Shown here: positions 18,707-28,146 of the stretch, piece by piece
Position numbering within the stretch: position 1 is the stretch's first letter
Layout: every line of letters starts with the position of its first letter
Assembly (NCBI GenBank): GCA_964541895.1
Contig: CAZISM010000013.1
Location: forward strand, 8,348-72,347
Length of the DNA: 64,000 nt
Reading direction: 5' to 3'
Origin: an uncultured Cytophagia bacterium
GTDB taxonomy: Bacteria; Zhuqueibacterota; Zhuqueibacteria; Residuimicrobiales; Residuimicrobiaceae
Translations under genes and position numbers: made by a program
The notes under the pieces: generated by a model
What the model was told of the DNA's origin: nothing
Seen by the model: only the letters and a program-made list of their open reading frames with translations
Databases searched by the model: none

Positions 18707-19504
18707 ATGAAAGCGGTCTGGATCGGTATCATCCTCCTGATTGGCCCGGGCGCCAGGGGAGAGGTGCAGGACGCCATTCAGCGCCTGCACACCCTGTGGG
18801 CCGAGCAGAACCTGCAGGCATTGCAGGCCGCCCTGCCAGAGGTCCAAAAAAAATACCCGCAACATCCCACCGTGCTGTATCTGCAGGCCCTCCTCGAAAA
18901 GGACGGCGAGGCGGCCCATCAATACTATCTTCATCATCTCAACGCCGGCACCAACGAATGGACCGACGACGCGCTGTACAAAGTGGCGCAATACCATCAG
19001 ATCCGCGGCGAATACAATCTGGCGCGGAAATATTTCCTGCTCCTGAGCCGGCGTTATCCCGGCAGCAACCTGGCCGACGATGCCCGCTACCAGCGCTGTG
19101 GCTGTTTTATGGCGGAAAGCCGCGTCGATTCGGCTCGCCGATGCCTCGAGGAATTCCTCAAAACGGACAAACGCTCGCCCTATGTGGATTGGGCCATCAA
19201 CGATCTGGAGCAGCTGGCCGGAGCCGGTGAGATCGAGCCGGTGACGGCCCCGCCGGTTCGCAACGCGAAGACGGCGCTCTTTTTCATCCAGGTCGGTGCC
19301 TATCGCATTCAGCGCAATGCCAAGGCCTATATTAAAAAGCTGCATGAGGCCGGGTTTGAAGCGCAACTGGTGGAAAAGGGGGAGGGTGATAAAAAGCTCT
19401 ATGCCGTCTGGCTCGGTTCGTTCAAGGATCGGGACGCGGCCGTCGCCTATGGTAAAAAAAATGTAGCCGCGTTCGCCCCTGATTTTACGATTGTGCAGCG
19501 GTAA
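18707..19504 (+). CDS. Secreted TPR + SPOR-domain protein
   Basis: Signal peptide from ATG 18707; YPGSNLADDARY TPR pattern; C-terminal FFIQVGAYR...YAVWLGSFKDRDAA (SPOR). Confidence 0.85.
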   Translation: MKAVWIGIILLIGPGARGEVQDAIQRLHTLWAEQNLQALQAALPEVQKKYPQHPTVLYLQALLEKDGEAAHQYYLHHLNAGTNEWTDDALYKVAQYHQIRGEYNLARKYFLLLSRRYPGSNLADDARYQRCGCFMAESRVDSARRCLEEFLKTDKRSPYVDWAINDLEQLAGAGEIEPVTAPPVRNAKTALFFIQVGAYRIQRNAKAYIKKLHEAGFEAQLVEKGEGDKKLYAVWLGSFKDRDAAVAYGKKNVAAFAPDFTIVQR

Positions 19505-20309
19505 ACAGAAAACGAATCAGGTCTTCGTGCCGGCAAAAATCCGGAATGAGGAGGTCGGCGCCGGCGTTCTGCAGCCGTTCGATTTTTCTCCGGTTCCAGC
19601 CGACGCCCTTTGTTTCATCCGACGCCACGCCCATGGCGATGGCATTAAAATTCTTGGCGATGCGCATCTCCACCGGTCCGTCGCCGACGACCAGCAGCTC
19701 CGGTCCGGACAGCTGGTGGTCGGTAATGATGTTCTGCATCACCCGTTCTTTGGAGTTGTATTCCACCGAGCGGATGGAGCCATAGATGCCGCCGTCGAAA
19801 TATTTGGCAAAATCCAGCAGCTCCGCTTCCCGCTGCACGTCTTCCAGATCCGTGCCGCTGGCGAGATAGAGGTGCACGCCGCGTTGCCGTAACGCCTGGA
19901 CAAATTCCGTACCCCCCTGAACGACAAAGTGGGCGCGCGCCAACTCGCCGCTCTGCAGCCGGCGAATGCGTGCGTTGACGTTCTGCAGCAGACGATCGTT
20001 ATAGATTTTCTTATAGCCCCAGGCATCCAGAATCTGGCCTTTGGGGACGCGGCCGAAATCGTGAACCATCTGCGCCAGGTTCTGCATCTGCAAAATGGTC
20101 TGGATTCCGGTGGATTCATCAATGTACCGTTGCACCTTTTCCCGGATTTCCTCCGTCTCGGCGGTGGAACCGCATATGCTTTCAACCATCATCGGTTCCA
20201 TAACCGCTTCCCATCCTTCACGCAGGATAGAGAGCGTGCCGTCGAAATCGAATACAGCATGCTGGATACGGCCGAGCGCTACATCCGGCCGACAGATCAA
20301 GTCTTCCAA
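19485..20309 (-). CDS. HAD-family hydrolase
   Basis: Motif I FDFDGTLS; LASGTD; VVGDGPVE. Confidence 0.88.
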   Translation of the reverse strand: MEDLICRPDVALGRIQHAVFDFDGTLSILREGWEAVMEPMMVESICGSTAETEEIREKVQRYIDESTGIQTILQMQNLAQMVHDFGRVPKGQILDAWGYKKIYNDRLLQNVNARIRRLQSGELARAHFVVQGGTEFVQALRQRGVHLYLASGTDLEDVQREAELLDFAKYFDGGIYGSIRSVEYNSKERVMQNIITDHQLSGPELLVVGDGPVEMRIAKNFNAIAMGVASDETKGVGWNRRKIERLQNAGADLLIPDFCRHEDLIRFLFTAAQS

Positions 20310-20484
20310 GTCTATGGTTTCCTTATGTAGGTAGTGAAGAGTCCCAATCGCACAGTATACAAAACAGAATCAAATGATGCAAATACTATTTTTAAAAAAA
20401 TGGAGCGGCGGATCCGGCCAGCCGCCGGCCTGAGGTGAATGGTCCGCCAGGCGATCCGTCGGACCGGCCGTACAAATAAATTAC

Positions 20485-20512
20485 TTGTAAATGTAAAACA
20501 TTTTTGTATCAT
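20485..20512 (+). promoter_or_regulatory. Putative sigma70 promoter for the Gfo/Idh/MocA gene
   Basis: TTGTAA (20485-20490), 16-nt spacer, TATCAT (20507-20512). Confidence 0.35.
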
Positions 20513-20569
20513 ATACGTCATAAATCATTGTGTCCGTAAAAAAAGTGCCCACTAGCTAAGAGGTCGAGC

Positions 20570-21886
20570 ATGAGCGTGTCTAAAAATGATGGCGTAACGC
20601 GCCGTGAATTCATGAAGCATTCTGCTGTGGCTACGGCGGCCGTAGCCGCTCCTCTCATTTTGCCCAAATCGGTTTTTGGCGCCAACGATCGCGTGCGTGC
20701 GGCGGTTTTGGGCGTGAACGGTCGCGGCAAGGATCACATTAAGGGACTGATGAATCAGGCCAACGTGGAGGTGGTGACGCTGTGCGATCCGGACAGCAAG
20801 ATTTCCGCCGAGCGGGCCAGCCAGTTTGAAAAGCAGTATGCCAAATCGGTCAGGACCGAGCAGGATCTGCGCCGTGTGCTTGACGACAAGGAGATCGATG
20901 TGGTCTCGGTAGCCACGCCCAACCATTGGCACTCGCTGGCGACCATCTGGGCCTGCCAGGCCGGCAAGGATGTCTACGTGGAAAAACCGGGTTCGCACAA
21001 CATCTGGGAAGGCCGCAAAATGGTCGAAGCGGCGCACAAGTATAACCGCATCGTGCAGCACGGTGTCCAGCTGCGCAGCTCCAAAGCCATCCAGGAAGCC
21101 ATCGCCCACCTGCGCAAGGGTACGATCGGCGATGTCTACATGGCGCGCGGTCTGGTTTTTCGCTGGCGTCCCGATATCGGCGTCAAACCGGTCGAGCCGG
21201 TGCCGGAAGGGCTGAATTACGATCTGTGGCTGGGTCCGGCGGCCTATCGGCCTTTTTCGCGCAATCACGTTCATTACAACTGGCATTGGACTTGGGAATT
21301 CGGCAACGGCGATGTCGGCAATCAGGGCATCCATGAAACCGACCTGTGCATGTGGGGTTTGGATGTGGGATTGCCGGAGGTGATTACCGGTATGGGCGGC
21401 AAATTTACCTTTGACGATGCCAAAGAGACACCTGAAGTCCTGACGACCCTGTATCACTACCCCAAACAGAAAAAGCTGATCCAGTTTGAGGTCCGCCACT
21501 GGTGCACCAACGCCGAAGACGGCGCTACGGTGGGAAATATTTTCTATGGCACAGAAGGGTATCTGGTGGTCAAAGGCTACAGCGATTATGAAATTTTCCT
21601 GGGTCAGAAAAAAGAACCGGGACCCAAAAACAATGAAGGCGGCGATCACTACGCCAATTTCATTGAAGCGGTGCGGGCGCGCAATCCAAAACTGCAGAAC
21701 GGGCCGGTGGAAACCGCACATCTGTCGTCGGCTCTGGCGCATCTCGGCAATATCGCCTTCCGCCTCGGCAAGGTTTTGCATTTTGATCCTGAAAAAGAAA
21801 AGTTCGTCGGTGACGACGCTAAAGCGGCCAACAAGCTGCTGAAACGCAAATACCGTAAACCCTATATCGTACCCGATAAGGTGTGA
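20570..21886 (+). CDS. Tat-exported Gfo/Idh/MocA-family oxidoreductase
   Basis: TRREFMK twin-arginine leader; LGVNGRG; ATPNHWH; KDVYVEKP; GNQGIHETD. Confidence 0.92.
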   Translation: MSVSKNDGVTRREFMKHSAVATAAVAAPLILPKSVFGANDRVRAAVLGVNGRGKDHIKGLMNQANVEVVTLCDPDSKISAERASQFEKQYAKSVRTEQDLRRVLDDKEIDVVSVATPNHWHSLATIWACQAGKDVYVEKPGSHNIWEGRKMVEAAHKYNRIVQHGVQLRSSKAIQEAIAHLRKGTIGDVYMARGLVFRWRPDIGVKPVEPVPEGLNYDLWLGPAAYRPFSRNHVHYNWHWTWEFGNGDVGNQGIHETDLCMWGLDVGLPEVITGMGGKFTFDDAKETPEVLTTLYHYPKQKKLIQFEVRHWCTNAEDGATVGNIFYGTEGYLVVKGYSDYEIFLGQKKEPGPKNNEGGDHYANFIEAVRARNPKLQNGPVETAHLSSALAHLGNIAFRLGKVLHFDPEKEKFVGDDAKAANKLLKRKYRKPYIVPDKV

Positions 21887-21894
21887 ACCGGCCG

Positions 21895-21925
21895 TCAGGG
21901 TTCGTTCCGCTGGAACGAACCCTGA
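21895..21925. repeat. Perfect 14-bp inverted repeat without a U tract, just after the oxidoreductase stop
   Basis: TCAGGGTTCGTTCC-GCT-GGAACGAACCCTGA. Confidence 0.75.
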
Positions 21926-22177
21926 ATCCAGGGGAGTCTGCCGCTCTGTTTCCGCATCTTTACCGGATTGCCGGTACTCTTACAAAATGTCGTATGCTTT
22001 AGCAGGCAAGGAGTGTCCCATCCTGCACGCTCGGCTGAACAGCTCAAACGATCATTTCTTCAAAACGGGGCTCACGCTCAAAAACATTTATTTACTTGAC
22101 TTTAAGCGTAAAAATTAGTTAATTGTACTAGGTTGAGCTTTAGAACCTTGCGATGGGAATAAGGGAGACACGGCGGC

Positions 22178-24253
22178 ATGAAGATTTTAATAGCTCACTC
22201 CAACGCTTCATATATCGATGCAACCCGGGAATTTCTAAAGGCAAAAGGCGAGGAGTATCAGGCTAGCGGCGCGACAGGTTTGCAGGAGTGTTTGACTCTG
22301 GCTACCAGGCATGATGTCCTGGTGCTGGATAGTGATCTATTAAAAACCGACACCGAAGAAACACTGCATCAGTTATCTCTCCTGGCGGCTTCCATACCGA
22401 TTGTGGTTCTCATGGAGGACCACGAATCCGATCTGGCGATCCGGCTAAAGAACAAGGGCGTGTTTTCAGGCATTTTTAAACGAAAAGGCTACCTTTCGTT
22501 CCTGCCCGCTCATCTTAACGAAGCATATAAATACAAACAGACCAAACTGGCACGACCGGCAGCAGCGCCGGCGCAGCCCAGCATGTACACCCCGTTGATG
22601 CCGGAACGGGCAGCGGCGCGTACCGAGCCTGTTGTGGAACAGGGCCGTAATCAGGACGAGGGCTATTTTATCTGCGACCGGCGCGGCCGTTTTCTTTCCG
22701 CCAGCAACAATGTGTATGCTCTCCTCGGCTATTCTGAAGACGAAGTGATGGAGCTGTCCATCGGTGATCTGCTGAACCGCGAAGACGAATCGATGCTGTT
22801 TAAAAAACTCGCCGAACCGGCGGACACGGCCGGCATGCCGAAAGCGCTCTCACTGGATCTGTTGGATAAATGGGGCGATCGTCATGCCATCGATTTAAAG
22901 CTCAAGGTGTTGTACGATGAAGCGACCGGCAAGCAGGTGATCGGTTTCCGCGGCATCCTCTTTGCACGCCCGGAAGAAAAGGCCGCCGCGCTCGCCGAAG
23001 AGCGCATCGATCAAAAGCTGATGATCAATCATCTCGTAGAGATCGTGCAGCTGGGCTATCAGGAGCCGCTGAACGTATTGCTCAAGCGCATCACCGAAGT
23101 CTCCAGTCAAATCTTTCAATTTAAAAAAGCAACGCTGGCCCTGCTGGATCGACGCCGGCGCTCCTATGTCAAGCATGCACTCGTCGGCTATCATGCGGCC
23201 GAAGGGCCGGGCGGCGAACGCCGGGTCCTGGAAGTTCCGCAGGATGTCATCGAACGCATTTTTGCCGATCAGTTCAAAATCAAAGTGATCTATCACGATC
23301 AGGAAGATATGGACCAGCGCGATCTGGTCGGTGCCGGCCTGATTGAACGCCGCGGCCAGCGCCGGCCGTTGCCGACGCAATGGCATCCGCGCGATCTCAT
23401 TCTCATCAAACTGGCGGACTATAAAGGCGGCCTCTTCGGCTACATCTCGCTGGAAGACCCCATCGAAGATAATTTCCCCACGCAAACGACGTTTCGCAAT
23501 CTGGAAATTTTCGGCCAGTTGACCTCGCTGGCGATCGAGAATTTTTACCGGTTTTCCAACCTGGAGAAACGGAATCGCCGCCTGAAACAGGTGCTGGTGA
23601 CCAGCAACATCTTTAAGCTGTATCTGAGTCTGAACGAACTGCTCAAGGAAGTGGTCTGGTCGGTCAAATTCTCTCTCGAATTCAATCTGGTATCGCTGAT
23701 CCTGATATCCAAAAAAAGCGGTTTGCTGGAGACCAAAGCCGTGGCCTGCGACGACAAGATCAAGCTGCTGCAGATCACCGAACTGCGCTTCGATCTCAAG
23801 GAATACAGCACCCTCTTGAAGGATGCCTATCGCCGCGGCAAGTCCTATCTGGTAACCGAGGAAGAGCCGGTGCTCAAGCACCTCAAACAGGTGTATTACG
23901 GCACGCATACGAACGGTCATTACGTCGACGGCTGGCCGCATCACGCGATGCTGCTGGTGCCGATAAAATCCCGCGAAGGCAAGATCATCGGTTTTATCAT
24001 GGTGGATGATCCGCACGACTGCCGGATGCCGAGCACGGAGACGATGAACATCCTGGAAATTCTCGCCAACCAGGTGGCCATTGCCATCGACAACCGGATG
24101 CTGTATGTGCAGGCGAAAGAACAGCTGCAGCCGCCGGCGGCCGAAGCCGTCAAACCGGAGGAGAGCAAGGAAGCGGACCAGGAGCTCGACTCCAAATCCG
24201 ACGGCATGAACGGCAGCAGCCTGAAGCGTCTCGTAGACCGATTTCTGCGCTAG
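22178..24253 (+). CDS. REC-like + PAS + tandem GAF sensory protein with no recognisable output domain
   Basis: KILIAHS...DVLVLD (REC-like); GYFICDRRGRFLSASNNVYALLGYSEDEV (PAS); two GAF-like blocks ending LAIENF and LANQVAIAIDNRMLY. Confidence 0.8.
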   Translation: MKILIAHSNASYIDATREFLKAKGEEYQASGATGLQECLTLATRHDVLVLDSDLLKTDTEETLHQLSLLAASIPIVVLMEDHESDLAIRLKNKGVFSGIFKRKGYLSFLPAHLNEAYKYKQTKLARPAAAPAQPSMYTPLMPERAAARTEPVVEQGRNQDEGYFICDRRGRFLSASNNVYALLGYSEDEVMELSIGDLLNREDESMLFKKLAEPADTAGMPKALSLDLLDKWGDRHAIDLKLKVLYDEATGKQVIGFRGILFARPEEKAAALAEERIDQKLMINHLVEIVQLGYQEPLNVLLKRITEVSSQIFQFKKATLALLDRRRRSYVKHALVGYHAAEGPGGERRVLEVPQDVIERIFADQFKIKVIYHDQEDMDQRDLVGAGLIERRGQRRPLPTQWHPRDLILIKLADYKGGLFGYISLEDPIEDNFPTQTTFRNLEIFGQLTSLAIENFYRFSNLEKRNRRLKQVLVTSNIFKLYLSLNELLKEVVWSVKFSLEFNLVSLILISKKSGLLETKAVACDDKIKLLQITELRFDLKEYSTLLKDAYRRGKSYLVTEEEPVLKHLKQVYYGTHTNGHYVDGWPHHAMLLVPIKSREGKIIGFIMVDDPHDCRMPSTETMNILEILANQVAIAIDNRMLYVQAKEQLQPPAAEAVKPEESKEADQELDSKSDGMNGSSLKRLVDRFLR

Positions 24254-24294
24254 GCGCGATTCCACTTGAAACTGTTCTTCACCTTTGTTAATTT

Positions 24295-24329
24295 AAACCG
24301 CAATCCCCGTATGGGGCTTGCGGTTTTTT
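24295..24329 (+). terminator. Intrinsic terminator after the REC-PAS-GAF gene
   Basis: AAACCGCAA-T-CCCC-GTAT-GGGG-C-TTGCGG-T6. Confidence 0.7.
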
Positions 24330-24389
24330 CTTTGTGGCGCCCGGCCTTTTATCAGGCTCGGGCCTCGTTCCTGGTTAAGCGGATGACGG

Positions 24390-25358
24390 ATGATGAATCG
24401 TCGCAAATTTGGCCGGACCCTGGCAACCGGCGCGCTGTCGCTCGGCCGCCCAGCCCTGCTCGCCGGCGAGCGCACGGCAGCGGTGGTATGGGCATCCTCC
24501 TCGCTCGTGCGTACGGCGCAGCGCCGCCTGGTCGGTGATCAGGTGTTGCGGCTGCTGGACAAAACCATGGAGGAGTATTTTCACCAGCCGGCTGCCGTTG
24601 CCTGGAAAAAGCTGGTGTCCAGGCAGGATGTGGTGGGACTGAAAGTGAACGCCCTGGCCGGCGCCGGTCTGTCCACACACCGCGAACTGGTCGACGCCAT
24701 CTGCGAACGGCTGCAACAGGCCGGTGTGCTCGCTGAAAACATCATTATCTGGGACCGGCTCAACCGGGACCTGGAGCGCGCCGGCTATTCGATTCACCTC
24801 CGTGGCGCCAGGCCCCGCTGTTACGGCAACGACGTCGCCGGCTACACCGAGCAGATATTTGAATACGGCCAGGTGGGCAGCCGGTTGTCACGCATTGTGA
24901 CCGACCGCTGCAGCGCGCTCATCAATGTCCCGATTCTTAAAGATCACGGGATCGTGGGGGTGAGCGTGGGCATGAAAAACTTTTTTGGCGCCATCGACAA
25001 TCCCAACAAGTATCATGATGCCGTCGGCGACCCCTATGTGGCTGATGTCAATATGCTGGCCCCCATCCGCAGCAAGCTTCGACTCATCATTTGTGATGCG
25101 TTGACCGCTCAGTATGAGGGAGGGCCGCCCTTTATGGAGCAGTGGAGTTGGCCGCTCAACAGCCTCCTGCTCAGCACCGATATGGTTGCCATCGATCGCA
25201 TCGGCTGGGAGATCATTGAGAACAAGCGCAAGGAGGCCGGGCGTCCGCCATTGAAACAAGCGGGGCGCGAACCGCGTTATATTATTACAGCGGGCGATGC
25301 GGATCATCAGCTGGGCGTTGCTGAGCGAACTCGCATCCGGCTGCAGCGGTGTGAATAG
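24390..25358 (+). CDS. DUF362-family protein with Tat-like leader
   Basis: MNRRKFGRTLA; VGLKVN; LINVPILKDH; VGMKNFFG; LIICDAL; DMVAID. Confidence 0.85.
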   Translation: MMNRRKFGRTLATGALSLGRPALLAGERTAAVVWASSSLVRTAQRRLVGDQVLRLLDKTMEEYFHQPAAVAWKKLVSRQDVVGLKVNALAGAGLSTHRELVDAICERLQQAGVLAENIIIWDRLNRDLERAGYSIHLRGARPRCYGNDVAGYTEQIFEYGQVGSRLSRIVTDRCSALINVPILKDHGIVGVSVGMKNFFGAIDNPNKYHDAVGDPYVADVNMLAPIRSKLRLIICDALTAQYEGGPPFMEQWSWPLNSLLLSTDMVAIDRIGWEIIENKRKEAGRPPLKQAGREPRYIITAGDADHQLGVAERTRIRLQRCE

Positions 25359-25418
25359 GGCGGAGCGGCCCGGTGCACGGTTACCACCGTTTTTTTATCC
25401 AACAGGAAGAGTAGGCCC

Positions 25419-26522
25419 ATGGCTACCCGACGTGAATTCATCCGAAATGGCGGTTTCGGCCTGTGCGGTCTGGCGGCCTCCAGGCGGACCGCCGCGGTGC
25501 CGGCCGGAGAACAGCTGGTGGAGGCGCGCTACTATGAAAAACTGGCGGATCGAAAAATAAAGTGTGTGCTCTGCCCCAGGCAGTGCGTGATCGACGACCT
25601 GGAACGCGGCTATTGCGGCGTCCGTGAAAACAGAGGCGGCACCTATTACACGCTGGTTTATGGCAAGGTGGTGAGCGCTCACGTCGACCCGATTGAAAAA
25701 AAACCGCTGTTCCATGTGGTGCCCTCTGCGACAGCCTTTTCTCTGGCAACCGCCGGCTGCAATGTGTTTTGCAAATTTTGCCAGAATTGGGAGATTTCCC
25801 AGGCTCGGCCGGAGCAGATTCCTTATACGGAAATTTCGCCGGCTCGAGTGGCTGAGATCGCACGGTCCAAACAGTGCCCTCTCATCGCCTACACCTATAA
25901 TGAACCGGTCATCTTTACGGAATTTATGTATGATATCGCCCGCGCAGCGGCTGCCGCCGGGGTGCGCAGTGTGATGATCAGCAACGGATTCATTCAGACC
26001 AGGCCGCTGAAGGACCTGTGCAAGGTGCTGCATGCGGTTAAAATAGATCTCAAGGCCTACAGCGAACGGTTTTATAAGGAACTGGTGTCCGGACAGTTGC
26101 GGCCGGTTCTCGACAGCCTGGTCACCCTTCGTCGCGAAAATATGTGGACTGAAATAGTCTACCTGGTAATCCCCGGCCAGAACGATCGTCGTGAGGAGCT
26201 GACCGCTTTGTGTAAATGGATTCGGCAGGAGTTGGGCGCAGAGGTGCCGCTGCATTTCACCCGCTTTTATCCGCAGTACCGCCTGGCCAACCTGCCGCCC
26301 ACCCCTATCGCCACGCTTACCATGGCGCGCGAGATCGGCCTTGCGAGCGGACTGCATTATGTCTATACCGGCAATATCCCCGGCGATCCGGGGGAACACA
26401 CCTATTGTCCCGGTTGTCAGATGGTGCTTGTGCGGCGCTTTGGCTTTTCCGTGCTGGAAAACAAAATCAGGGACAACCGGTGTCCACAATGCAAAACCGT
26501 CATCGCCGGAGTCTGGTCCTGA
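25419..26522 (+). CDS. amrS: AmmeMemoRadiSam-system radical SAM enzyme with Tat-like leader
   Basis: MATRREFIRNG leader; CVLCPRQC, GYCGVREN, DPIEKKPLFH, GCNVFCKFCQNWEISQ (CX3CX2C), YTYNEP, HFTRFYPQY, YVYTGN, TYCPGC. Confidence 0.93.
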   Translation: MATRREFIRNGGFGLCGLAASRRTAAVPAGEQLVEARYYEKLADRKIKCVLCPRQCVIDDLERGYCGVRENRGGTYYTLVYGKVVSAHVDPIEKKPLFHVVPSATAFSLATAGCNVFCKFCQNWEISQARPEQIPYTEISPARVAEIARSKQCPLIAYTYNEPVIFTEFMYDIARAAAAAGVRSVMISNGFIQTRPLKDLCKVLHAVKIDLKAYSERFYKELVSGQLRPVLDSLVTLRRENMWTEIVYLVIPGQNDRREELTALCKWIRQELGAEVPLHFTRFYPQYRLANLPPTPIATLTMAREIGLASGLHYVYTGNIPGDPGEHTYCPGCQMVLVRRFGFSVLENKIRDNRCPQCKTVIAGVWS

Positions 26523-26564
26523 CCAGGCCTGGCCTGGTCAGCATATGGAGGGAGAGTCGTTGAG

Positions 26565-28055
26565 ATGAGCAGGATCAACAAAAGCAAATGCGTCGCCGCC
26601 GGCCTCATGATCCTAGGCCTGCTGCCTTTTGTTTCGTTTGCGTCAGAGGATGGCGAGCGGCCGCCAGCTGTGGCCGGACAGTTTTATCCCGCGGGCCGTG
26701 CCGAACTGGCGCAATTGGTCAAAATGTATCTTGATCAGGCTGAAAAAGTGTCGGTAAAGGGAACGATCAAGGGGCTTGTAGTGCCGCACGCGGGATATGT
26801 CTATTCCGGCGCCACCGCAGCTGCCGGGTATGCGCAGGTAGCAGGCGGCCGCTACGATGTTGTGGTTGTGCTCGCCCCCAGTCATCGCGATCCGTTTATG
26901 GGCGCGACCATTTACCCCGGCACAGCCTATCAGACGCCGTTGGGTTTGGCCGGAATAGAACGGACGTTGGCGAACCAGCTGGTGGAGGCGAACACGGGTT
27001 TTGTTTTTTCGGAACTCGGTCACCGCGCCGAGCACAGTCTGGAAGTGCAATTGCCGTTCCTGCAGACCGTGTTGCCGGGGGTGCCGATCATCCCGGTCAT
27101 GGTGGGCGGCTACGACCGGCCAAAACTCGAGCGGATGGCGGAGACGCTGGCGCACGTGCTTAAAGGCCGGCGGCCGCTCCTGATAGCCAGCTCTGATCTG
27201 TATCATGGCGAGTCCTACGACGAATGCGAAAAGATCAATACCCGCACCATTCATGCTATCATGGCTTTAAAGCCGGGGAGCCTGTGCGATGGATTTCTCG
27301 ACGAATCATTGCAGGCGTGCGGCGGCGGCCCCATATCGTTGATGGAATCGGCGCTAAAAAGGCTCGGCGCTGATCGTGCTGTTTTGTTGAGCCGAACTAA
27401 TTCCAACGATGTCACTGGACAACGTGGCGGCTATGTGGTCGGCTATGCGGCCATAGCCATCACAGGCGGGGAGACCAAGATGGAAAATCCAAATAAAATC
27501 GAATACCAACCACTGGATAAAGCGGCTCAACACGAGCTGTTAACCATGGCCCGTCAAGCCATCAGCCAATACCTGCAAACACGGCGTATTCCTGCTTTCA
27601 CGCCTGCTCTGCAAGTGCTCAAGGAAAAGCGTGGCGTGTTCGTTACGCTCACCGAAGGGGGCGATCTGCGCGGGTGCATCGGCTATCATGAGGCCGATCG
27701 ACCGCTCTATGAGCTGGTACCGGACCGGGCCGTGGCGGCGGCCTTTGAGGATCCCCGTTTCATGCCGCTGCGCAGCGAAGAGTTGGCAAAAATTAAAATT
27801 AAAGTCTCCGTCTATCTGACCAATGTGTACCGCATCAACTCCTTGGATGAATTCAAGATGGGGGAGCATGGCATCATCATGATCAAAAACGGCCGCGGCG
27901 CCACCTACCTGCCCGAAGTGCCGCTGGAAGCAGGTTGGAAAACCGTGCGTGAAGAGATGGAAAGTTTGTGCCAAAAGGCCGGTCTGCCGCGCGATGCCTG
28001 GAAAGAGGGAGCCGAGTTTCATGTGTATCGCACACAGGTGTTTGGGGAAAAATAG
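26565..28055 (+). CDS. AmmeMemoRadiSam protein B (MEMO1-like) fused to protein A (AMMECR1-like), with a signal-peptide-like N-terminus
   Basis: RPPAVAGQFYP, VPHAGYVYSG, EHSLEVQLPFLQ, SSDLYH, CGGGP, VVGYAA (MEMO); RGVFVTL, LRGCIG, AAFEDPRF, ATYLPEV (AMMECR1). Confidence 0.92.
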   Translation: MSRINKSKCVAAGLMILGLLPFVSFASEDGERPPAVAGQFYPAGRAELAQLVKMYLDQAEKVSVKGTIKGLVVPHAGYVYSGATAAAGYAQVAGGRYDVVVVLAPSHRDPFMGATIYPGTAYQTPLGLAGIERTLANQLVEANTGFVFSELGHRAEHSLEVQLPFLQTVLPGVPIIPVMVGGYDRPKLERMAETLAHVLKGRRPLLIASSDLYHGESYDECEKINTRTIHAIMALKPGSLCDGFLDESLQACGGGPISLMESALKRLGADRAVLLSRTNSNDVTGQRGGYVVGYAAIAITGGETKMENPNKIEYQPLDKAAQHELLTMARQAISQYLQTRRIPAFTPALQVLKEKRGVFVTLTEGGDLRGCIGYHEADRPLYELVPDRAVAAAFEDPRFMPLRSEELAKIKIKVSVYLTNVYRINSLDEFKMGEHGIIMIKNGRGATYLPEVPLEAGWKTVREEMESLCQKAGLPRDAWKEGAEFHVYRTQVFGEK

Positions 28056-28146
28056 AAAACTGTTGAATAAAAGTACGCTTTTGTTTACCTTTAATATTAT
28101 CATAAATTAATGTAACATTTTTTTATCGGGATCGGTATATCTAACC

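Noticed and set aside
20490-20506. Shared TGTAA...ATTTTT motif upstream of 20570, 28147 and 59389 as a LacI/CcpA-type operator
   Set aside because: Low-complexity, inconsistent spacing, no central CG; easily produced by chance in AT-rich promoter DNA.
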